Part shown: positions 18,876 to 25,947 of the stretch, piece by piece
Position numbering within the stretch: the first letter of the stretch is position 1
How the letters are laid out: each line of letters begins with the position of its first letter
Source of the DNA: Nitrospirota bacterium
Lineage (GTDB): Bacteria > Nitrospirota > UBA9217
Assembly (NCBI GenBank): GCA_029858565.1
Contig: JAOUEV010000026.1
Location: 1-47,202, forward strand
DNA: 47,202 nucleotides
Reading direction: 5' to 3'
Translations under genes and position numbers: made by a program
Notes under the pieces: model-generated
Database searches by the model: none
The model's input: the letters and a program-made list of their open reading frames with translations, nothing else
What the model was told of the DNA's origin: nothing

Positions 18876-20509
18876 ACCAGAACCATCAGCTCACGCTGAA
18901 GGAATTTCCCTACATCGTCCGTTGGCGCGAGGACCGCTGCACCCGCTGCGGCCGCTGTACCGCAGTTTGCCCGGTGAAGGCCATTGAACCGGCGGTCCGC
19001 TCCCAGCGCATAGTTTCGTCGGAAGGGTCGTCGCCGGAACCCCAGGTCACGCGCAGGCTGACCCACGTGGTGCAGCAGTCCACGGATATCGACCGGTATT
19101 GCATCGGTTGTACCACCTGTTCGCTTGTCTGCCCGACCGACGCGATCTTCCCGGAATACAATTTCCAGCACAAGTTCAATCACTACAAGAACAAGGGCGG
19201 CATTCCGTACATGCGCGGCGGCCGCAGGAACGACCCTTCGGTCTCCACGCTGGACAAGCTCAAGTTCACGCGCATATCCATGCTCACCGACCCGGCGCTC
19301 GACGCAGGCAGGCACGAATTCCGCATCAGGACCATCCTGGGAAGGAACCTCTCGCCTGATCAGCTGCCGATCAAGGTGGCCGGGGACAAGCTCGAGCTGG
19401 ATCCCAAGGTGTTCGTGCCGCCGACGCGGGAGATCTATCCCATCCGCATCGGCTCCATGTCCATCGGCGCATTGTCTCCCCATATGTGGGAAGGCCTTGC
19501 CATGGGCATCACCTATTTGAACGAGGTGGAAGGCCTGCCCGTTGTCATGTGCTCGGGCGAGGGCGGCATGCCGCCGAGCATCCTGAAATCGCGCTACATT
19601 AAATATTTCATCCTCCAGATCGCGTCGGGCTACTTCGGCTGGGACGAGATCATTCGCAGCCTTCCGGATATGACCGAGGACCCCTGCGCGATCGAGATCA
19701 AGTACGGCCAGGGCGCAAAACCCGGCGACGGCGGTCTGCTCCAGGCTTACAAGGTGCTGGGACTCATCTCGAAGATCCGCGGCGTGCCCGAGTTCGTTGA
19801 CCTGGCATCGCCTCCGACCCACCAGACCAAGTACTCCATCGAGGAAGCTGTTGCGAAAATGATCACCTCCATGTCCATGGCCTGGGGTTTCCGCGTTCCC
19901 GTGTATCCCAAGATCTCGGGAACCAAGACCGCCCGGGCGGTGCTGAACAACCTGGCGCGCAATCCCTATGCAGCGGCGCTCTGCATCGATGGCGAGGACG
20001 GCGGCACCGGCGCTGCCTACAACGTGTCCATGGACAAGATGGGCCATCCTATTGCATCGAACATCCGCGACTGCTACCTCGATCTCGTGAAGCAGGGCAA
20101 ACAGAACGAGCTTCCGCTGATCGCTGCAGGCGGAGTCGGCAAGGCGGGCAATCTCGCGGCGAATGCAGCTGCCCTCATCATGCTCGGTGCATCTGCCGTG
20201 GACATCGGCAAGTACATCATGCAGACCGCGGCAGGCTGCTTCGGCGACGAGTACAACCGCTGCAATGTCTGCAACCTGGGCAAGTGCCCGCGGGGCATCA
20301 CGACCCAGGACCCGAAGCTGTATCGGCGGCTGGACCCGGACAAGATCGCCGAGCGTGTGGTCGAGGTCTTTAAGGCCGCCGACGTTGAGCTCAAGAAGAT
20401 CTTTGCGCCGCTCGGCCGCTCCACCGAGCTTCCCATCGGCATGTCCGATGCGCTGGGCGTGGGGGAGAAGGACATCGCGGACCGGCTGTCGATTTCTTAT
20501 GTATGCTAG
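18854..20509 (+). CDS. glutamate synthase FMN-binding subunit with N-terminal 2x[4Fe-4S] and C-terminal [3Fe-4S]-type Cys motif
   Basis: CTRCGRCTAVCP, CIGCTTCSLVCP, MSIGALS, IEIKYGQGAKPGDGG, CNVCNLGKCPRGITTQDP. Confidence 0.92.
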   Translation: MESAARLDQNHQLTLKEFPYIVRWREDRCTRCGRCTAVCPVKAIEPAVRSQRIVSSEGSSPEPQVTRRLTHVVQQSTDIDRYCIGCTTCSLVCPTDAIFPEYNFQHKFNHYKNKGGIPYMRGGRRNDPSVSTLDKLKFTRISMLTDPALDAGRHEFRIRTILGRNLSPDQLPIKVAGDKLELDPKVFVPPTREIYPIRIGSMSIGALSPHMWEGLAMGITYLNEVEGLPVVMCSGEGGMPPSILKSRYIKYFILQIASGYFGWDEIIRSLPDMTEDPCAIEIKYGQGAKPGDGGLLQAYKVLGLISKIRGVPEFVDLASPPTHQTKYSIEEAVAKMITSMSMAWGFRVPVYPKISGTKTARAVLNNLARNPYAAALCIDGEDGGTGAAYNVSMDKMGHPIASNIRDCYLDLVKQGKQNELPLIAAGGVGKAGNLAANAAALIMLGASAVDIGKYIMQTAAGCFGDEYNRCNVCNLGKCPRGITTQDPKLYRRLDPDKIAERVVEVFKAADVELKKIFAPLGRSTELPIGMSDALGVGEKDIADRLSISYVC

Positions 20510-20513
20510 TTTT

Positions 20514-20640
20514 GCCACGGATGGACACTGATAGACACGGATAACGGCAAAAACAATGGGCTAAATTAGGACGCGGATAAAAACGGAAAAAACGGATTCG
20601 TTTTATTTTAAATCCGTGTTCATCCGTGTGAATCCGTGGC
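20514..20640. repeat. inverted repeat built from 10-nt ACACGGAT-type subunits, with an extra internal left-arm copy
   Basis: gccacggatggacactgatagacacggat / atccgtgttcatccgtgtgaatccgtggc; second arm ggacgcggataaaaacggaaaaaacggatt at ~20569-20598. Confidence 0.75.
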
Positions 20641-20659
20641 TGATAAAAGGGTCTGAAAA

Positions 20660-22990
20660 ATGATAATTCAAGGCAAAGTGAACGGAAAACGAGTCCCTTC
20701 AAAGGACCTGGAAGACCAGCTCCAGCAGGCGATCAAGGACGGCGCCCGTGACCTGACGGTCAAGGCCGACGGCCAGCACGGCATCGGCGGCCGCATCTTC
20801 CCGCGCGGCGAGAAGGTCAGGGTGACCATTGAGGGCACCTCGGGCCAGCGCGTCGGCTCCATGGGCATGGAAGGCACCGAGATCGTGGTCAAGGGTTCGT
20901 CGTCCGATGACACGGGCTGGATCAACTGCGGCGCGACGATCACCGTGCTCGGCGACGTTGCAAACGGCGCGCATAACGCGGGCGCCCAGGGCAAGCTCTA
21001 TGTCCAGGGCGGCGGCGGAGCGCGCTGCGACACCATGACCAAGAAGAATCCGCGCTTCCCGGACCTCGAATCGTGGTATTTCCGGAGCGTAGGCGACTCC
21101 TTTGCCGAGTTCAAAGCAGGAGGCATTGCCGTGGTCTGCGGCGTGAACCCGCGCGACCCCGAAAATATTCTGGGCTACCGGCCCTGCGTGGGCATGGTCG
21201 GCGGCACGATCTTCTTCCGCGGACCGATCCGTGACGAATACTCCAAGGTTGACGTGAAGGTCCTTGATCTCGCGCCGCAGGACTGGGAATGGCTCTGCGC
21301 GAACATGAAGCCGTACCTCCAGGCTATCGACCGGATGTCGCACTATGAGGAGCTGACCAGGGACATCAAGGCCTGGAAAAAGATCGTATCCTTCACTCCC
21401 GCTGAGAAGGCCAAGAAAAAGGGCGGCCTCAAGATGGGGCTCTCTGATTTCCGGCTGAACGTATGGGAAAAGGAAGTGGGCAAAGGCGGCATGTTCGGCG
21501 CGTATATCACCCACGACCGTTCGGTGCTTCCCTATGTCACCTCGGGCGATGATCGCCGGACAAAGCCGGTGTGGAAGAACGACAAATATCTTCCGCCCTG
21601 CGCCTATGCCTGCCCGTCGCGCATCCCGTCGCACAAGCGCGCGACCCTGCTGCGGCAGGGCAGGACCGCGGAAGCCCTTTCCCTGGTGCTGCAGTACACG
21701 CCGCTGCCGGCAACGGTCTGCGGAACGGTCTGCCCGAACCTCTGCATGACCGATTGCACGCGCGGCCGTGTAGACCAGCCGTTGGATATAAAGAAGTACG
21801 GGCAGCTGGCGCTGAACCTCAAGGCGCCGAAAAAGGCGAAGCCCACGGGTCATAAGATCGCGGTCATCGGCGGGGGCCCGGGCGGTCTGTCCGTTGCCTG
21901 GCAGCTCGGTCTGAAGGGCCATACGGTCAGCCTGTTCGAAGCAGGGAAGAAGATCGGCGGAAAGATCGAGATGTGCATCCCCCGGGAACGTCTGCCCAAG
22001 AAGATCCTGGACAAAGAGCTTTCCCGGTTCGCCGAGATCGGCGTGAGCGTGAAGGTGAACACGCCGGTGGATAAGAAGAAGTTCGAGCAGCTCTACAAGG
22101 ATCATGAGGTCGTGATCATTGCCGTGGGCGCCCATGAGCCGCGCATTATCCCGTTCCCGGGCCACGAGGACGTTGTGCCGGGCATCGAGTTCCTGAAAGA
22201 GATCAATTTCGGAAAAGGCCGGAATCTGAAGGGCAAGAACGTTGTGGTGATCGGCGCTGGCAACGTGGGCATGGACATCGCCTGCCAGGCCTGGGACAAC
22301 GGCGCCGCCAGCGTAACCGCTGTGGATATCCAGAAACCTGCTGCATTCGGCAAGGAAATGGAGATGGCGACCTCCAAGGGCACCAAGATCCTGTTTCCCA
22401 AGATCACGGAGAAATACGACGCCAAGGGTAGGAAGATCTATTTCAAGGACGGCTCCTCGCTCGATGCGGACATGGTGATCATCGGTATCGGTGAAAAACC
22501 GGTGGTGGATTTCCTGCCGCCCACGATCAACATTGAGCGCGGATTCGTTGCCGTGAACGACCTTCGTCAGACCTCGGACACCAAGGTCTTTGCCATCGGC
22601 GACGCGACCCGGCCGGGTCTCGTGACCGACGCTATCGGCCAGGGCAGGATCGCGGCGGATGTGATCCACGCCCAGCTCATGGACTTCACGTACACGCCTG
22701 AAGAGGCCAAGGTGATCCCCTATGACCGCGTGAAGCAGCAGTACTATGAGGTTTGCCGCGTTGACGAGTTGAAATTCTCTCCCAGGAAAGAAGCTGACCG
22801 CTGCATGTCCTGCGGTTCCTGCCGTGACTGCGGCATGTGCGTTGAGTCCTGCTACTACGGGGCCATCACGCGCAAGAAACTGCCGAATAAGTCCTTTGAG
22901 TACTCGGTCGATGCATCCAAGTGCATTGGATGCGGTTTCTGCGCCGGCATCTGTCCCTGCGGCGTGTGGGAGATGACGGAAAACGTTTAG
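20660..22990 (+). CDS. fused glutamate synthase GXGXG beta-helix domain + GltD-like FAD/NAD(P) oxidoreductase + ferredoxin domain
   Basis: GQHGIGG, VGDSFAEFKAGG, CVGMVGG; CAYACP, CGTVCPNLC; GGGPGG; GAGNVGMD; CMSCGSCRDCGMC and CIGCGFCAGICP. Confidence 0.9.
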   Translation: MIIQGKVNGKRVPSKDLEDQLQQAIKDGARDLTVKADGQHGIGGRIFPRGEKVRVTIEGTSGQRVGSMGMEGTEIVVKGSSSDDTGWINCGATITVLGDVANGAHNAGAQGKLYVQGGGGARCDTMTKKNPRFPDLESWYFRSVGDSFAEFKAGGIAVVCGVNPRDPENILGYRPCVGMVGGTIFFRGPIRDEYSKVDVKVLDLAPQDWEWLCANMKPYLQAIDRMSHYEELTRDIKAWKKIVSFTPAEKAKKKGGLKMGLSDFRLNVWEKEVGKGGMFGAYITHDRSVLPYVTSGDDRRTKPVWKNDKYLPPCAYACPSRIPSHKRATLLRQGRTAEALSLVLQYTPLPATVCGTVCPNLCMTDCTRGRVDQPLDIKKYGQLALNLKAPKKAKPTGHKIAVIGGGPGGLSVAWQLGLKGHTVSLFEAGKKIGGKIEMCIPRERLPKKILDKELSRFAEIGVSVKVNTPVDKKKFEQLYKDHEVVIIAVGAHEPRIIPFPGHEDVVPGIEFLKEINFGKGRNLKGKNVVVIGAGNVGMDIACQAWDNGAASVTAVDIQKPAAFGKEMEMATSKGTKILFPKITEKYDAKGRKIYFKDGSSLDADMVIIGIGEKPVVDFLPPTINIERGFVAVNDLRQTSDTKVFAIGDATRPGLVTDAIGQGRIAADVIHAQLMDFTYTPEEAKVIPYDRVKQQYYEVCRVDELKFSPRKEADRCMSCGSCRDCGMCVESCYYGAITRKKLPNKSFEYSVDASKCIGCGFCAGICPCGVWEMTENV

Positions 22991-23056
22991 CTGGTGTTCC
23001 TCGCCCTGTGCGGGAGTTGGTTGGGTGTGGGGAACCTCGCTGGAATATAATTATCT

Positions 23057-23091
23057 AAGCCTCTTGTCTGGATTCGGACAATGGGCTTTTT
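23057..23091 (+). terminator. intrinsic terminator
   Basis: AAGCCTCTTGTC..GACAATGGGCTT plus T-tract. Confidence 0.6.
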
Positions 23092-23124
23092 GACTTCAAC
23101 TTCCCGCCCGGTTACTTTGCTCCC

Positions 23125-23703
23125 ATGAAGAACGTCATTATCCTCGCATCTGCCTCGCCCCGGAGGAAGGAACTGCTTAAGCAGGTCGGGATCCCCTATG
23201 TTGTTGATCCCGCTGATGTGGACGAGTCGATACGTTCCGGCGAGTCGCCGGAGGTCTATGCTGTCCGGGTAGCTCTGGATAAAGCACGCGTTGCAGCGCG
23301 ACGCGCGGTGAAGGGGATTGTGCTCGCTGCAGATACGATCGTTGTGGTTGACGATTCCATCCTGGGGAAACCCGCTGACGCGGAAGATGCTGCTCGCATG
23401 CTCACGCAGCTGTCAGGAAGGGAGCACGAGGTGATTACCGGGGTCGCCCTGATCAACACGGACCTGGGGACCGAACAGACGCGGGCCGAGTCCACCCGTG
23501 TCAAATTCCGCAATTTGACGGAACAGGAGGTCAGGTCCTACGTTGCCACCGGTGAACCCCTGGACAAGGCTGGCTCCTACGCTATCCAGGGAAAGGGCGC
23601 GCTTCTGGTAGAGAGTATCACCGGGTGCTATTTCAACGTGGTCGGGCTTCCCTTGTCCGCTGTCGAGAGCATGCTCCAGGAGCACGGTGTAGACCTGTGG
23701 TGA
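23125..23703 (+). CDS. maf: Maf family nucleoside triphosphate pyrophosphatase
   Basis: IILASASPRRKELL, AADTIV, GKP, DKAGSYAIQG, NVVGLP. Confidence 0.95.
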   Translation: MKNVIILASASPRRKELLKQVGIPYVVDPADVDESIRSGESPEVYAVRVALDKARVAARRAVKGIVLAADTIVVVDDSILGKPADAEDAARMLTQLSGREHEVITGVALINTDLGTEQTRAESTRVKFRNLTEQEVRSYVATGEPLDKAGSYAIQGKGALLVESITGCYFNVVGLPLSAVESMLQEHGVDLW

Positions 23704-23834
23704 TCAGAGAGTTGCATGCCGATGCATTTCAACAATAAGATGTCCCTGCCTTGACAAACCTTCGTAACCCCATCTACAATTAAAACTTAAGTTGTCATCC
23801 GGAGCGATCGCAGCCTTGGCAAGGAGAAGCATCC

Positions 23835-24482
23835 ATGGGCGTTATCAATATTATGATCGTGGACAGCGACCCTGTACAGCTCGAAAAATTGTCCGCCTCT
23901 TTTGGTGCTTCACAGGATATTCGTGTCATATCATCGGTCTCCAAACGCGAGACCGCCATCAAGCAGCTTTCCCTGGAGCCGCAGGTGATCATCCTGAATC
24001 CCGATATTCTGAAACAGCGCACGCTTTCCCGTTTTCTCAGGTCGCTTCAGTGCAAACTGCCTATGACCCGGGTTCTCATGGTACATGCATCCCGGCCTGA
24101 TGATGAGGTCCTGATCGAGGAGATCCGTCTCGGTGTCCGGGGGTACCTTCGCGCATCCGATCCTGCGGCAATGCTGGCCAAGGCTGTGCGCTCTGTTGTC
24201 TCAGGAGAGATCTGGGCGGAACGGCGCATCCTGGAAAAGACCATTGCAAAACACATGTTGATGCCTGATACGCTCAGGGAACGGGTGCCGGACCTTGATC
24301 CGCTTACCAGCAGGGAAATGGATATGCTCACCATGGTCATGAAAGGTTCTTCGAACCGTGAGATCGCTGAACAGAGCAATATCAGCGAGCGGACCGTCAA
24401 GACCCACCTTTATCGGGTATATCGCAAACTCAAAGTGAAAAGCAGGGCAAAGGCAATCGCGCTGTTGTCGCACACATCCTAG
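23835..24482 (+). CDS. NarL/LuxR-type response regulator with atypical (Asp-less) receiver
   Basis: REC-like N-terminus with IILN where the phosphoacceptor D is expected; LuxR HTH LTSREMDML..SNREIAEQSNISERTVKTHL. Confidence 0.88.
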   Translation: MGVINIMIVDSDPVQLEKLSASFGASQDIRVISSVSKRETAIKQLSLEPQVIILNPDILKQRTLSRFLRSLQCKLPMTRVLMVHASRPDDEVLIEEIRLGVRGYLRASDPAAMLAKAVRSVVSGEIWAERRILEKTIAKHMLMPDTLRERVPDLDPLTSREMDMLTMVMKGSSNREIAEQSNISERTVKTHLYRVYRKLKVKSRAKAIALLSHTS

Positions 24483-24690
24483 CCCTGTCGACGCATTCCA
24501 TCAAACTCCCTGGCTAATTCATGAGAATTTCGTGCCGTGGAGAGCACTGTTCCCGTCAGGCTGATGATGTAAAGTCAAGGGATGATGCTCTTGTATGATT
24601 CAGGAACGTAATACAAGGTTATTCCTCGCTTACGAAGAAACCTATTTCCCGTTATATTCTGCAATTCCATAAAATACGAACTTAGGTCCA

Positions 24691-24718
24691 TTGACACCCG
24701 CAGGGGTACTGCTATGAT
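24691..24718 (+). promoter_or_regulatory. sigma70-type promoter with extended -10, not followed by a credible ORF
   Basis: TTGACA-16 nt-TATGAT, with TGn extension. Confidence 0.65.
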
Positions 24719-24724
24719 TGATGC

Positions 24725-24958
24725 AAACGGCGACGCTGTGCGCCGCGGGGATCAGTCCGCACCCTTCATCCCTCTCATCATCCTATCCCCCCCAAGGAAG
24801 GCTGCGGAAGATGTGGTGAACTGATACCCTGCGACGCGGGTGAGCATAAGGTGTTCCATCACCCCAGTATCTTGATGTGACAGCGTTGCTTAGGGCGTCC
24901 CGATGTTCGGATGATCATCATGATACTCCGTCGAGAACATCGGGACGCCGTGTTCTTG
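24725..24958 (+). ncRNA. putative novel structured small RNA with a C-rich apical loop
   Basis: Closing stem 24729-24739/24880-24890, nested helices, 29-nt CU-rich loop, 15-bp perfect 3' hairpin 24894-24908/24935-24949; G-U pairs favour the + strand. Confidence 0.55.
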
Positions 24959-25065
24959 CAGCAGATTCGCTCGCACTTTCCCGCACGATTTCCTGCACTT
25001 CTTGCAATCCAGCCGGTTATCACCTACAATAGAAGCAATTGATGGTTTTCTCTTCTCCTCATACT

Positions 25066-25947
25066 ATGAAGGACGATCTGCTTCGCCGTTATATCGACTA
25101 TCTTGCCGTGGAAAAAGGGCTTTCCAAGAACACCCTTGAGTCCTACGGCCGCGACCTGAGAGGATATTTCCTTTTTTTTAGGGACCGGGAAGCAAAAAGC
25201 ATCGATAAAAAGGATATCGAGGTTTTTCTTGGTTCACTTTCAACTGCAGGGATCGCGGCACCTTCCATCGCGAGATGTTTAGCCGCCGTGCGGGGATTTC
25301 ACAAGTATCTTCTCATGGATGGTCTGTCGGACATCGACCCGACTTCCGCCATAGAGGCGCCGCGCGGCTGGAAACGGCTGCCCAAGACGCTTAACGGGGA
25401 AGATGTGGTCTCACTGCTGAACCAGCCCGATCTGAGCAATCCCCGGGGTCTTCGCGACAAGGCCATGCTCGAACTTCTTTACGCGACCGGCCTCAGGGTG
25501 AGCGAACTGGTCGGCTTGAACGTTGCCGACGTGAACCTGGAACGGGGCTTCCTGATCGTGGTCGGGAAGGGGAGCAAGGAGCGTATCGTTCCCCTCGGCG
25601 AGATCGCCGCAGGCCACGTGCGGGCCTATGTCGAACGGGGACGTCCTCTCCTGATGCGCGGTCATCAGGCTGATGCGCTCTTTGTGAGCAACCGGCGGCA
25701 TGGGTTGACGCGGCAGCTTTTCTGGGAACGGATCAAGCACTATGTGGCCAAGGCGGGCATCAGCAGCAAGGTCTCACCGCACACGCTCCGCCATTCCTTT
25801 GCCACCCATTTGCTCGATAATGGCGCTGACCTTCGCGCGGTACAGGCAATGCTCGGTCACGCGGATATCTCAACAACGCAGATATACACCTATGTGTCAC
25901 GCGAACGGCTGAAGCAGATCCACGAGAAGCACCATCCGAGAGGGTGA
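25066..25947 (+). CDS. xerD: site-specific tyrosine recombinase XerD
   Basis: EKGLSKNTLESYGRDL, RDKAMLELLYATGLRVSEL, HTLRHSFATHLL, LGHADISTTQIYT, HHPRG; start may be 25039/25042. Confidence 0.92.
   Translation: MKDDLLRRYIDYLAVEKGLSKNTLESYGRDLRGYFLFFRDREAKSIDKKDIEVFLGSLSTAGIAAPSIARCLAAVRGFHKYLLMDGLSDIDPTSAIEAPRGWKRLPKTLNGEDVVSLLNQPDLSNPRGLRDKAMLELLYATGLRVSELVGLNVADVNLERGFLIVVGKGSKERIVPLGEIAAGHVRAYVERGRPLLMRGHQADALFVSNRRHGLTRQLFWERIKHYVAKAGISSKVSPHTLRHSFATHLLDNGADLRAVQAMLGHADISTTQIYTYVSRERLKQIHEKHHPRG

Noticed and set aside
14441-20640. CRISPR array or integron attC interpretation of the repeats
   Set aside because: No regular repeat-spacer series, no cas or intI genes, and no attC RYYYAAC/GTTRRRY boxes
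24725-24890. 6S RNA, or a minus-strand CsrA-sponge (GGA motifs), as identity of the ncRNA
   Set aside because: No unpaired 5' central bubble as in 6S; promoter and G-U pairs favour the + strand. Not fully excluded without an Rfam search
25066-25947. Tyrosine recombinase as a prophage/island integrase
   Set aside because: Housekeeping XerD signatures and context; no att sites or phage genes
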